DNA of 64,000 bases, from NCBI GenBank assembly GCA_023231475.1, contig JALJEE010001986.1, positions 1 to 64,000 of the forward strand, given 5' to 3'. The notes beneath the pieces were generated by a model. That model worked only from the letters and a program-made list of their open reading frames with translations. It had not been told where the DNA came from and did not search any database. Within the stretch, counting starts at the first letter, position 1. Every line of letters begins with the position of its first letter. Source of the stretch: Seison nebaliae (lineage: Eukaryota). The position numbers and the translations under genes are program-made. Below, one piece after another: positions 37,381-50,117 of the stretch.

Positions 37381-40300
37381 TTAGGGTAACCTTGTTTGTT
37401 CAGCCAATGTGTAAGTAGGAGCGAGTTGTATATTTTGCTGTACCTCCTTCATATATCTCACTCCTTTACCGCCTTGTGGAGAGGATTGGTCGCGTAGGGA
37501 ATAAATAATCTAAAAATAGTGGAGAGTTGACAAAAAGATCAAATGGGAACTTCTTCGGCCAATGGTTGAGCATTCAAATTACGTAGTTCATACTTTAAAA
37601 ATTACATTAACTAGAGAGAAAAAGAAGATAGTATTAAACTGATTGTTTGTGTCGAGCCACTTCACTTTTTTCCGCTAAAAATGATTAATATTGGATATGA
37701 TAAGAAGAGTATATGGAAAAGAAAAGACAAACGTTCAGGAATGATTTTGATTTCTTCTGTGTTAGGTACAATTAGTTCAGGTACATAAAGACTTGGACAA
37801 GCTGTGTTCTGACAAATAAATTTGTCGAATTTAGAGTCCTTCTTGGCGACCAGTTCTTTTGTCAGTGAACTGTTTGGACAAATGAAAGATAGGCCATCAA
37901 TTAGGTCGGCAAGTGGAATTTCAGGAGGTTGTGAAAGATAAAGCGTCAGCGTATTATTAACGTCCATCATTTTGTTTGAAGGTATATTGCGAGTTAAATC
38001 CCTGACTAATTTATTCACTTCATTCACAACAGTAGTAATCTCGTTTGGAAGGGAGAATCCTTTGGGACGTTTTTCCCCCTTCAATCTGGTTTTTCCATAG
38101 GAGTGCACTTCTTTCGTTATACTGGCATCATACATAACGTGTTTTTTAGGATCAATAGTAAAGTATTGAGTCAATCCTTGTGTGAATATATTTTTATATG
38201 TGCGTGACAAAGGATATCCAGGTTCCTTTGGATCTAATTCGAACGGTACAAGGAAAATTTGTGAAATGTTGAGTACGGCAATAATCATTTCCTTCAAAAA
38301 ATCTATATAGGCATAAGGAGCACCTCTTCGGAATGAAAGAAAGAGATCGCGATAAATAAGACGGTATCCTTCTTCGCTGGAGATCATATCCATATCGTAG
38401 GGTTGTGGGACAGCTAAACTACGTCCACCATAGCCAAGTTCGCTAAGAAAATAAATCATTGAAAATAAATTCGAATAGAAAACTAACTCTGAGATAGATA
38501 GGAATGGTAGACTTTCCTCATAATCGACCGTTTTTATTCTATTGCCATCAAGTTCAGATGAATCGATTAATTCATATTCTTCTAAATTTATATTTTGATC
38601 TTTATCTAATTTATACACTAGATATTGACCGTCATGCAAGATATTATCTGCTTTAATCGGTGTATCCATTTTAAATACTCCGTCCGCCATCCTAGATCTA
38701 TATGTGCCCTTCCCATAAAGATCTTTACAAGCAGTGTATGTATTTTTGTAGGAGACGAGTGTGCGAGTGATTGGTGGAACAGACTGGATCATAGTGATAA
38801 GTTCCTTAGTACTTGTTGGCATTCGATGGCAATTATTAGCATTATTAAAAGGATAACTATGATCCTTCGCTTTAAGAGGACCAAATGAAGTAGTGTGCAG
38901 TATTCTAAAACTAGTTGTACTTCTCAATCTCGGTTTTAACTCATGAAAAATACTCAGTTGGGTCGTCGAATATTGTTCTGGAAGTTTGAGAGTTATTCAT
39001 TCTTTTTTTAATGAGAGTAAAAGAAAACTGTTTAAATAATCTTTTACTCTTGGGATCCATTGACCGGATCTCTCATAAAAAGATGATTGAGTACAATAAC
39101 CGATAATCAAATCAAAGTGGTCGATAGGCTTTATTCGAAACTTCTCTAATGGTTCGAATAAAATGGTTGAATAATACTCTTCCAACGGTGATATTTTCTC
39201 AGGCATTTCCTTTCCGTATTTCATAAAATATAACAATCGTCCAAACATGTAACATTGCTCAGCACCGGGTGAACGTCCAGGATAGAGTTCAGGCCACATT
39301 TCCTAACAACTGATAAGAATACTAAAAAAAGATAATGGAGGAACTTCAGGTGTCTGATTTATCGGATATCGATTTTTGGAACGTTCGCTCTTCGAAATAT
39401 AACTCATTGATCTTAATGTACATCGACTTAGTGTCATATGGGAAAAACCGCAAAGAGAAATTCTATGTTCTCCAAGAAGAACATGGTCTGGTGTTAATTT
39501 CCAGTGATTCTGTCAAAAGATTTCAATTGAATAACTTTTTTAAGCTTATTCCTTTTAACAAACTAACTACTGGGCAGTATTGAAGAAACTGTAAGATTTT
39601 CAAGCACAATGCTAATATGTTATCGTTCGATAATCCTTTGTCATCATTCGCCTTAATTAAATTTCTCAACGATCCAAATTCGTAAGCTACAGACATTTGC
39701 ACAAAAAAATTATTTGTTTCATATTCATAGGACGGCACTCCCGTATAACTGGCTATACGACCAAATATGGATTTGCTGTCTCGAAATTGTTCTCGGTATA
39801 ACATATGTTCTCTATCGTTGCTACCGTACATGTATTTGAAACCGTATCCTTCTTGAATCATCAATAATTTGGAGGAGATTCGAATTACATACTCTGCATT
39901 GTTTATTCCCAATGCCAACACAGTAGCTCGATGAGGCTTCAGAGTATATATTCGTATTATTTTCATCCGATCAAATATTCCACATCGTTTTAAGGGATTT
40001 AGTAATGCATTGAGGTTGATGGGATCGTACCGAATTGGTATTCCTAGAGGTTTAACGATGGACACTAATTTTGGATTTCTATTCCTCCTTCTCATCTATA
40101 GTTTTAATTTAAGAAAATTTAATCAGACAATTCATCAAAATCTAACAAACATCAATGTCAATTCTTGCATGTATCGATAACTACTAATGTAATGAGTGGC
40201 GAAAGAATCTGAAGAAAATTAAAAGTTTAATAAACACACCAATACAACATTTGTAACCGTAGAATTGAAATCGTTTACAATATTTTACTTCGCTTCCATC

Positions 40301-40951
40301 ATCATTTTTCCTTGTCAAAGGAGCTCTCACAATTAAACCACATTTGTATGTTTCACGTGGAGTGTTCAGTGCGTTTATATCCCTGAAAATATTTGCTGGT
40401 TGAGCGAAAGTACCTAAGCGTTAAGAAATGTATGAAATATTTAAAAATAATTAAATAAAATAATTGAAATAACCGAAATATGTATTGGTATTCTCCATCC
40501 AATTTTCTTGCAATTCCATTGGCATAAATATGGCATTCTCTGTTTTAGTTCTCACTAAGATGTTTTGAGAAAAAGATTTGTTCGTGATAACATTATCCCA
40601 AAACATTTGCGGGTCCAAGTGTAAATTATAAAAGAGTGGGAAAACAAATACTTTATCCTCAAACATTTTCGTAAAAGTTTGAATCACATCGACACGTGTA
40701 GCATTTAACTTAAAACCTTCTAGACAATACCCAATTCTGTTGGTTTTGGGAGGAATAATTGTGTTTTTACTCGTATAGAACATCCCAAAATGTCCTTCTT
40801 TTAAAATTCGAATTATATACCTCAATTTTTCTCTTTCGGCAGCACCTCTTAAATAAAAATTAGTAGCACGCATTCGTTTCTGAGGTAAGAAGGTAATTGC
40901 TTCATTAATATAATCCACCGGATTCGAAGCATTGGACGGAATACGTAACAT
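37381..40951 (-). CDS. Large lineage-specific protein with a pseudokinase domain, ~9 short introns
   Basis: Kinase-fold landmarks YVIRI, YEFGSLRNLI, NHWKLTPDHVLL, LCGF, MWPEL and YMFGRLLYFMKYGKEMP; ORFs join in frame via GTT..AG introns. Confidence 0.65.
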
Positions 40952-41938
40952 TTGTGAAAGAACGAAATTAGAAAAAAAAGTAAAAAGAAAACCGAAATTC
41001 AACTAAGCCGTTACAAGTTTATGTTAATTCGCATCTGCCTAAATATTCACATCAAACCACTTCCTATCAAAATATTTAGTAATAGATATAACAATAATAT
41101 TATATATCACTTATCTACTATAACTAAATTTATTGATTCAAAAAATAAATTAAAATGATTCAAAAAAGATCTAAATCATTAGTTGGCATTTTTGGTTAAT
41201 AGAAAAACTGTTATCATTTAAGAATTTCGATATCGGTTGGTCAAACTATTAATTGTTGTTCCTTATGATAAATTTAATTAAATTTCAATTTTAAATTTTA
41301 ATCATCATATTTTAATTTAATTATTTTTTCTCTTTTCGGTAAATTAGTGTTTGTAATTGCAAAGTTTAAGGGAAAAATAGTATTAAACTAAAGTCGATAT
41401 AGTATGCGATACATGAGTTTTACAATTAAAGTTAGTTTTAATATTATTATGGAATTATCCATATTCGAAATCGTTAGTGGTCAGAAAACAATAGAGTCAT
41501 TAAACAGTATGAAAACTTAAATGATCAGAATTATAAAAACTGAGGTGTTGTCTATTGATTATTGTATGCCATACAAATGTATGGAATTAAAGTTACAACA
41601 GAAAGGTTCAGATGTTCTTTGAAAGTCATTATTGGTTCAGTTCAATTGGATTGATAACTTACTAGCGATATACGTGTGAGATATAAGAATGAAATGGATG
41701 TTTGTTATTTTGTAGCAAATTATTCAAACAAATTCTTTGATAATAATTTGTTGTTCAAAATAAAAAATAATTTTCGGAATTTTTATCAACAATCGTCCAT
41801 AGAATAAGGACAACTATTTTCTCTAATTCCAAGTGAAATGTGAAAAAAAAACGATTAAAAGAAATATTTAGTTGTGAAAAGAAAAGTTTCAAATATTAAA
41901 ATATAAAATTTAATATAATTAAAGATCATAAGATGATT

Positions 41939-43720
41939 TTAATTTCTATCAGATTTTATGTTGCTCTTATAATAAGTTTTCACTGCATCATGAGCATCAG
42001 CTTTGACGAACATGGTTTTCTTATCATCATCGCTCATTAAAAGAAATCCACTCGCCTAAAAATAAGTGGAGTTTATTAAATTTGGAAAAAATAACTCTAG
42101 CGAAATCTCTTAAAGAGATGTAGCAATGTGCTTGTTGTTCATCAATCGAATATTTGTAGCAGTCGTTAAATTGGAAACGACATCTTTCCTTTCCCCACAA
42201 GTGAATTTGATCGGAGATGATACTGGGGACAACTGGCTTATCATTTGCCACTTTTTCATGACAATTCACAGTGAGACAATTAATAATTTGAGCGGGTGTG
42301 ATTCCGTTATCAAAGGCACGATTCACACTGGAACGTGTCAAAACTCCAACGACAAAACCAGGTAATTTCTGAAGAATGTTTATAAATGTCGCCAACATTT
42401 CTATTCCCACATCTGAGTTCGTATAAGCGTACACTCGATAATTCGTTTCACAAATTATAAATCCATCATCTCGACGTTTCGTACTCTGATAATGAGCATT
42501 ATCTGATTCAATGATTCCATTTAACATTCCTTCCGCTAACGATGTCACATTGAATCTTTTCAATTTACTCTTCAATTCCAATCCAACAAATTATAAAAAA
42601 GGAAATTTGAATTAAATTATTAACCGTTCGTTGATGGACAACTCCGACATCGCGAAGAATTTGGAGGAAAGTTAATTGATCATCATCGAAATGTTTACAA
42701 GAATATTCCATTCCATTTTTCGACAAACTTATTTGACATAATATTTCGTAGTACTCTACAATATTTAGAGCCCTTTGCTAGGAAGGAATGATATGGAGAA
42801 AGAATTTGAAAGAGAAAAAATAAAACTTCAAAAAGTGAGAGAAGATGTAAAAGAAAATGAAAGACTTGAGTACTTCTGTCCATCAACAAATATTGGAAAC
42901 CATAAGATGACATTGGTAAATCAGTCTCATTTCGTTCTTCCCTATATCAAACAATCATTTTTTGAAATGATTATAAGGAATTTATTTAAATAACTTCATT
43001 AGACCAGCTTTAATTAGAATATTTCTTGTTGAATCAGCTACCGAATCTCCTCCTTTCACCAAATAATTCAACAAACACTTATATTATAAAATATTATAAG
43101 AAAACAATTTTTAAATGATATTAAAATTTAAAATATCAAATTGTAATAACGTCCCATCGTCGTTGACAATATGAGATTAATTCGGCCGGTTCCTTTGGTG
43201 GTTTTGGTGGTGGTTCGGGATGGAGAGCCATCCAATTCTGCCTTTTAAATTTAATAGAATAAAATGTTATTAAATCAAACTCACCGATTACTATAAACGA
43301 TTTCTTTCAAGAAACATTGTTGGAACATGTCGAGTATATAAAAACTGACATTTTCATCTTTGTCGTCATCCGATTCGTCATCGAGAACAATCCCGATAGA
43401 TACCATCAATTCAACATTCTCCAAATTTCTACGCGAGACAAATGTAAAATCAACTTTATTGTCGAATTAATCAACTTGTCGCCATATAAGTCCATACAAG
43501 TGATTGCATCGAATTTCAAATTTTTTTGATAAATATTTCCGATAAGAATTCTCTTACATATCGAAGGTAAATCTCTGAAAGAAGAAAGTTATGCAATAAC
43601 TCAATTGAATAAATTGAATAACTTGAATAAACTATAACAACCAGACGATGTACAAATGATTCTTAAGCGGAGGTCTTCATTCAAACTGCACAAATGCTTT
43701 ATGAGACTAGTCACTTCCAT
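41939..43720 (-). CDS. GTF2H4: TFIIH subunit p52 (GTF2H4/TFB2), 8 short introns
   Basis: LFKDLPSICK, RWDCLLNYLV, GFQYLLMDRSTQV, DGFIICETNYRVYAYT, LTRSSVNRAFDNGITPAQII and DQIHLW. Confidence 0.95.
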
Positions 43721-44077
43721 TCTTCACAATTGACGATTTTTCGTAAACTGAAAATTTCAATTTACAAAGTAGCGCCAACAATTTACATGCCACAATCTTT
43801 CAAATATTCTGATGAATACAAATTATTTTTCAATTTTCTAATTATTCAGTTTTTTATTCAGTTCTCTCAATTTCTCCATTCCAAGCTTAAGAAGACTAAA
43901 TATGTAATTGATAGTCTTTTATTAATGATTTAATAAATCGAATCGTATGATTTGGATAATTTAGTAATTAGAAATAAAAGTAAATGGAGTAGTTTTTTCC
44001 GTATTTCTCTTTTTCCTTATATAGTCTATTTCAGTCTTCTTTTTCACATTGACACATGTCACTTTCAGATATTCCTG

Positions 44078-45165
44078 TTACATCCGTCCGTCCGCATTTC
44101 TCTCTATTTGGTTCTCGATTACTCGATCTGGGATTTGTCCTTCGTTTTTCCATCTAAACATAGCCATACTTGGTGTAACTTTTGTTGATGAATGAATTGC
44201 GGTTCGATATGAAAGTAAAGCCATTGGCAGTTTCCCATCCCAATCTTCCCTTCCATCCTCCGTAAATTTTCTGAAGTAGTTCAGAATTGTCCGGTTCATT
44301 CGCTCCACAAGTCCGTCGGTCTGTGGGTGATATGGCGATGTTCTAATCTTCTCGATATCAAAGTCTTTGCATAATTTTCTGATGATTGATCCGTCCATGT
44401 TTGCTCCCTGGTCACATAGCAGTTTTTCTGGTGGCCCGTTCAATGCAAATATATCGATTAACTTTTTAGCCACTCGTTCTACCTTTTGGTCCGACATTGC
44501 TATCGCGAAAGGATATTTCGTTGCGTAATTCATCACCACTAAGATGTACTTATTTCCACTTTTGGTTTCCGGTAGATGACCCAATATATCCATGGCCATG
44601 ACTTCACCCGGTTTATTCGCCCGTATACTTTCCATCTCTCCTCTTCGAATGGATCTTGGCGCGGTCTGCTGGCATTTTTCGCATGACATGATCCATTGTT
44701 TTATTTCAGTATCCATTCCTGGCTAATAATATCTCCGACGAATTCGTTGTTTCGTTTTTTCGATTCTGAAGTGACCCGCTTTTGGATCATCATGATTCCT
44801 TCTGATTAAGCGTTCTCTCTGTCTCTTTGGCACAACAATTGTTTTCTCGCCTTCGATGGTCGTATATACTAACAATTTTAATATATTAATAAAAAATATA
44901 TTAAATATTAATAATTTTAACTATAATTGTAAGATGTCATTAATGTTTTCCATTCTGTTTCGTGCTTTTCGTCATTCAAATGAAAGTTTCGACCAGTCGT
45001 TCCGGTTTATAGTCTGACATTCGTAATCTATTCTTTGCTCTGCGATTATTTCGTCGTTTTCCTCGAATTCGGCAACCATATTTACTTCCCTTGACATGAA
45101 ATCGGCGTTTTTATGCTTACTGCCCTTTCTATAAACGATTTCGTATTCGAGGTTGCTTAATTTTA
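44078..45165 (-). mobile_element. Ty3/Gypsy pol fragment (RNase H end, HHCC zinc finger, rve integrase), pseudogenised
   Basis: YEIVYRKGSKHKNADFMSR; HDDPKAGHF..YY*PGMD..SCEKCQ; MDILG, CDQG and SPYHPQTDGLVERMNRT; internal stop; no LTRs seen. Confidence 0.9.
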
Positions 45166-45169
45166 TGCA

Positions 45170-45654
45170 TTTCTACATTTTTCACAAAATGGCGTCATAT
45201 TTCAACAAAAATCGAGAAAAAACTAAAAAATGCTCGTTACATTTTCGTTGATAAAATCATGTTTGATTTTTTGAATGTAGGTTAACAATTAATAATGAAT
45301 TTTTTCTACATAATTACTTCAAGAATCTGTGCACTTTTAAGTGCGCTCAAATACGTGCATACTTTGCGCTATAAACTGCACGAAAAGTCATGCTTCAGTA
45401 TTTCCAAAATCGTTGAAAATTTACATATGGGGGTTTTCGATGGTGAATTCAAAAAATCAAACCACGATTTAAAATAGTTTACGGTTGATGAATGAAATAT
45501 TTAAATTTTTTAAAATTTTTTGGCACTATCTTTAAGAGCTTGAATAGGGCTATTTTGTGATATCCACCTTTACAAAAGATACTTCATAGAACAGAAGTTA
45601 TGACCGGTTTTATAAAAACATAAAAGTGTCCAATTATTTTTAATTCCTACTGTA
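45170..45654. mobile_element. Possible Tc1/mariner-like non-autonomous element end
   Basis: Minus strand reads TA-CAGTAGGAATTAAAAATAATTGGACAC from 45654 to 45626, resembling a Tc1 TIR after a TA site; partner TIR not found. Confidence 0.35.
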
Positions 45655-45868
45655 TATGCAGCGACTTTAAAAAATCCCTTTAAAACAAGTTTTAAAAGCT
45701 TCTTCCTAATTTGCCGCAAACGAATGTAATTTAAGAAATAATAGATGATCAATTTGAGATCAATTTTATAAAAATTGATTCAGAATTAGGTACTCATTAG
45801 GTATTAAATTAAAGATTATCATCTTTATGGTTAGACTTATAAGCTTTAAATGCTTCCTTGTTTCCTGA

Positions 45869-46492
45869 ATGAAAGAAAATTCAATTATCGGGAAGGTAAT
45901 ATTAGGAGTAACGGGAGTTGGCGCTGTTGGTTTAACAGTTGTTGCATTTCCATTTGTAACACCAGCTTTTCGACGAATCGCTCTACCATATTTACCAGCA
46001 ACTGACAACCAGTTGAAAAACATCACATCAGCGTTAAAGAAGATTGAAGTGTCTAAACAACGATTAAGAGTGGTGGACGTCGGAAGTGGTGACGGAAGAG
46101 TAGTGCGATCAATATCATCCTTACCTACTGTCGAACGAGTAGATGGAGTCGAACTAAATTATTGGTTAATCATCTATAGTCGTTGGAAATCCTTTATTTG
46201 TGGAAATGCAAAGAATCAATTTTTTCGACGCGATATGTTCAAATTCAATTATCAACCGTATAATGTTGTTGTTATATTTGGAATGGAGAATATGATGGAT
46301 GAGATAGGAACTAAATTTCTTAAGGATCTGAAGAAAAATTCTTATATAATTGCTTGTCGATTTCCTTTACATAAAGTACCTGACGAGCTAAATCAAGATC
46401 AAAATAATAATGTCATTGGTGGATTTTGGAAACCTATTTATACTGTAAATTCAGACGAATCTATAGATAATGTTTGGGTTTATAAAGTGTAA
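45869..46492 (+). CDS. ATPSCKMT: Mitochondrial lysine methyltransferase of the FAM173 family (ATPSCKMT/ANTKMT), intronless
   Basis: TM segment + PFVTPAFRRIALPYLPAT..Q, DVGSGDGRVV, GVELNYWL, VVIFG and IIACRFP. Confidence 0.9.
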   Translation: MKENSIIGKVILGVTGVGAVGLTVVAFPFVTPAFRRIALPYLPATDNQLKNITSALKKIEVSKQRLRVVDVGSGDGRVVRSISSLPTVERVDGVELNYWLIIYSRWKSFICGNAKNQFFRRDMFKFNYQPYNVVVIFGMENMMDEIGTKFLKDLKKNSYIIACRFPLHKVPDELNQDQNNNVIGGFWKPIYTVNSDESIDNVWVYKV

Positions 46493-47078
46493 AAAAAACT
46501 TTCATTAAAAATTGTCGTGATAGTTTTAGATTTCATCACATCTATATCATGTTAATATCTTTCTTTTCTCTTTGAATTAAAATTGCGAGAATTTGAATCA
46601 ATTTCCTCTCTATTCGAAATAACGTTATTATTATTAACTATTAAAAATGATGACTTACAATCGTTAGTATAATTAGTATTTTTTATTAATATTTAACTAT
46701 TACGTATGAATTTTAATAATAAAATATAGATATGATATTATTAATACGTTAAATGGAAGAATTGTTTAACAATTCTAGATTTTTATTAAGAAAATGGTAA
46801 ATGTGATTAATGGACAATATTTACATTAAATGTGATAAGAAAATGGAGTAATGTGAAATAGGATGATAGGCCGATAATTTATTAAGAAAGTGAAACTGGA
46901 AACTATGAGTGATGAAAAAGAAAATTATTTGAAAGAGTGAATGAAATGACCCGCTATTATTCCCAAATAATAAAATGAAATGAATAAATTGATCAGTAAG
47001 CTGATATAATTCAGTCACGACAGATCTTTCTTAGGTTCGTTGTGATGAAATTTCGAAGATTTTTCATTAAAAAAGAAA

Positions 47079-47951
47079 ATGATGAGCGATGTATTACCAA
47101 AGTGTTGGTGTAATTCAGTCCAATTCCGTCCGCTGACCACGAGAGACGTAGTGAATGTGAAGAGATTGTATAACGAATGTTTTCCCATCGGTTATCCGGA
47201 TGAATTTTTTCGGGAGATCTCTAATCGTTTATGTACCAGATGGTATGTAGTGTCCGTGTGGTGTAATGTGAATTGTGATGAATTATCTCGCTTGTCCCAC
47301 AATCAATTTGACGCATTCTACGAATATATTAAAAGTCAAATGAGTCTCCATTCTGCCCAATCCATAAAGAAGATTGATGATGATGTTGAGATTTCAGACG
47401 GTGTGGAAACGAAGAATCAATCTGAATTCGAATTAATAGGAATTGTTGTTGGAGAATATCGAAATATTTACAGTTGTTCACCAGAAGATCATCGTATTCT
47501 GTGGCCACGATCCAAAGATCACACTCAACTGAATTGTGCTTATATCGTTTCTTTGGCAGTGACGAAATCGGCGAGACGGTTGGGCTTAGCGTCGCTCCTC
47601 GTAAAATTTTATTTGGAGGAAGCGATTCGTTTCGGATGTTCAGTCTGTTTCCTTCATGTTCTCTCCACCAACTTCCAAGCGATAAATTTATATAGACGAT
47701 TCAATTTTACGGAATCTCATAAATTAAAAAGATATTATTCAATCAATAATCGTCGAGAAGATGCTTCCTGCTATTCAATCCTCATAAACAATTCCACACG
47801 CTTCACTCTGTCAACATGTTTCCATTATTATATAAGTAAGACTATATCTTGTCTACTCTCCACATGCCTCTGTTTCGTCCCTTATATCGCTCCGTTCTAT
47901 CGACGACTTTTTAGGCATCGCACACGTCACTTGAATATTCATTACGTCTAA
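47079..47951 (+). CDS. NAA60: N-alpha-acetyltransferase 60 (NatF), intronless
   Basis: VQFRPL, FPIGYP, PEDHRIL, AYIVSLAV..RRLGLASLL, FLHVLSTN..AINLY, YYSI and an amphipathic C-terminus. Confidence 0.9.
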   Translation: MMSDVLPKCWCNSVQFRPLTTRDVVNVKRLYNECFPIGYPDEFFREISNRLCTRWYVVSVWCNVNCDELSRLSHNQFDAFYEYIKSQMSLHSAQSIKKIDDDVEISDGVETKNQSEFELIGIVVGEYRNIYSCSPEDHRILWPRSKDHTQLNCAYIVSLAVTKSARRLGLASLLVKFYLEEAIRFGCSVCFLHVLSTNFQAINLYRRFNFTESHKLKRYYSINNRREDASCYSILINNSTRFTLSTCFHYYISKTISCLLSTCLCFVPYIAPFYRRLFRHRTRHLNIHYV

Positions 47952-48196
47952 ATTTTATTTCTTTCTCAATTTCTATTCCAGAAATATTTATTTTATCTTT
48001 TCTCACCAAGAAACATCCATCCAAATCTTTTTATTTTTAATCAAAAACTTTCCAATAAACTTTTATTTTACTCGACTAGATATTTTCATTATTTCTCTCA
48101 TCTCTCTCAAATCAACTCAACTTCTTCGACAATAGGAAGAGAAATCTCTTCTTCCTTATATCCCTCCCAAACAGTTAAACAGATTAAGAGAAAGTT

Positions 48197-49366
48197 ATGT
48201 ATCATCAATATCTGACAAATATTCATCTGGAAGGATTGGATCGATACAAATATCGTGCAATCGACACTTCACCACTCTCTAAATATGTGATGCATCCATT
48301 ATGGAATTGGATGGTGGAATTCTATCCAAAATGGCTTGCACCAAATCTAATAACATTTCTCGGATTTTTATGTCTTATCATCAGTTATTTCTTGGTGGCA
48401 TTCTATGACATCGATTATACAAATTCAGAAAAGATTCCTTCTTATGTTTGGTTCGTATTCGCTATTCTCCAATCAGCTTCTCATCATTTAGATGGAACTG
48501 ATGGTAAACAAGCTAGACGAACAAATTCTTCGTCACCTGTTGGAGAATTGTTTGATCATGGTATCGATTCATGGGCAGCCTCATTATTAACGTTAACAAT
48601 GTATTCGATTTATGGAACACATCCACTTTATGGAATTACAATTAATAAATTGATCGTCGTACTTTTTATTCTCCAAATGACATTCCTCTCATCACATTGG
48701 GAGAAATATAATACAGGTATTCTTTATTTGCCATGGGGCTATGATATCAGTCAGATTTCAATGACAGCTGTTCTCTTATTGACATCATATTATGGAACTA
48801 GTTTATGGCATAATACATTCTATGGAATTACACCAGCCATCGCTCTCCAATGGTCCATTATTATCATGTCTTGCATATTCTCTATTCCAATGTCGATATA
48901 TAATGTGTATGTACATTTGGTGCAACAACATGAGAAGAATAAAATTGTCTGGAAACGAATTTTCGAACCATTAATCGCTCCCATATTAATGATTGTTTGT
49001 ATCGTTTGGTATCTGTCATTCTCTGATATAGCAACCAAATCACCACGTCTCATTACGTGGCTAATTGGTGTACTCTTCTCCAATGTAGCATGTCGATTGA
49101 TCGTATCACAAATGACGGATACGAAATGTCAACGATTTAATCGATTAACTATTACCACTTTCTTCTTCTTTTTTTTCATGTTCTCCTTTAAGAACTATTT
49201 ACCTTTTCTATTTATTGAATATGAACTTGTTGTTTTTCTTACATACACAATCCTCCTAACCAGTTTACATGTACATTATGGTACATCTATCATCTCTCAA
49301 ATCTGTCATCATCTTCATATTCGAGTTTTCACTATTCCACTAGTGGAAGAATCGAAAGACGAATGA
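48197..49366 (+). CDS. EPT1: Ethanolamine phosphotransferase 1 (EPT1/SELENOI family), intronless
   Basis: YKYRAIDTSPLSKYVMHPLWN, WLAPNLIT, CDP-alcohol motif LDGTDGKQARRTNSSSPVGELFDHGID, SHWEKYNTGILYLPWGYDISQ. Confidence 0.92.
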   Translation: MYHQYLTNIHLEGLDRYKYRAIDTSPLSKYVMHPLWNWMVEFYPKWLAPNLITFLGFLCLIISYFLVAFYDIDYTNSEKIPSYVWFVFAILQSASHHLDGTDGKQARRTNSSSPVGELFDHGIDSWAASLLTLTMYSIYGTHPLYGITINKLIVVLFILQMTFLSSHWEKYNTGILYLPWGYDISQISMTAVLLLTSYYGTSLWHNTFYGITPAIALQWSIIIMSCIFSIPMSIYNVYVHLVQQHEKNKIVWKRIFEPLIAPILMIVCIVWYLSFSDIATKSPRLITWLIGVLFSNVACRLIVSQMTDTKCQRFNRLTITTFFFFFFMFSFKNYLPFLFIEYELVVFLTYTILLTSLHVHYGTSIISQICHHLHIRVFTIPLVEESKDE

Positions 49367-49621
49367 CAATTCGTCTAAATTAATCTAACATCGATTTTTG
49401 GTGATTAATTGTAGAATGATCTTCATTATTTTCTATTATCTTATCTTCAGTTTTATCAACTCTTCTTTTCTAGGATTTCTTTCTTTTCATTTCAACGATT
49501 TCCTTTCATTTCTGTTTTGTCCATAAATCTGTCATAACTCCAATTTCTTCTATAATTCCTGTGATTTATCTTCTCTTCAAAGATTTCTTTCTACTTCTTC
49601 ATTCAAAAACTTAAAAAAGAT

Positions 49622-50023
49622 ATGAGATATTTGGAAGAATTAAGAGCACACTTCCAACAAATCATTAATGAAGTCGATGGATTATGGGCGATATATATCG
49701 ACGATATTGATGGAATAGAAATCATTCATGAACGGAATGAATGCTTAAGAATTTCACCCGATGATCTACCACAAATTAGCGAGAGTGTCGTAGCAGGATA
49801 TTGTATGGGACAATCGATAAAAACGGAAGAAGGTAAACCAGTTGAAATGAAAGATTGTCTACTCAGAGGTGATGGACTGCAAGTTTTCGGTTATTTAAAA
49901 GATAGTTTGGTCTTCTCCATTTACGCATCGGAAAAAGCGAATACTAATGAAATTATAAACTTAAAAGAACGTTTAGCACCGGTCAATCATCTTCTCTTCA
50001 GTATTTTATCGAAAACAATTTAA
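49622..50023 (+). CDS. LAMTOR3: Ragulator subunit LAMTOR3 (MP1), intronless
   Basis: VDGLWAIYIDDIDGIEII and ASEKANTNEIINLKERLAP match the LAMTOR3 roadblock-domain termini. Confidence 0.75.
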   Translation: MRYLEELRAHFQQIINEVDGLWAIYIDDIDGIEIIHERNECLRISPDDLPQISESVVAGYCMGQSIKTEEGKPVEMKDCLLRGDGLQVFGYLKDSLVFSIYASEKANTNEIINLKERLAPVNHLLFSILSKTI

Positions 50024-50117
50024 CTATTTTTTTGTTTCTAATATTTTCTTTCTACAAATTTTATTATTTTGTTTCTTTTATAAAAAACTTTCATGTCATC
50101 TATTCTAATAGAAAATT

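Noticed and set aside
49364..49500. EPT1 TGA stop as a selenocysteine codon, as in vertebrate SELENOI
   Set aside because: Only three codons follow before TAA and I see no convincing SECIS in the short pyrimidine-rich 3' region.
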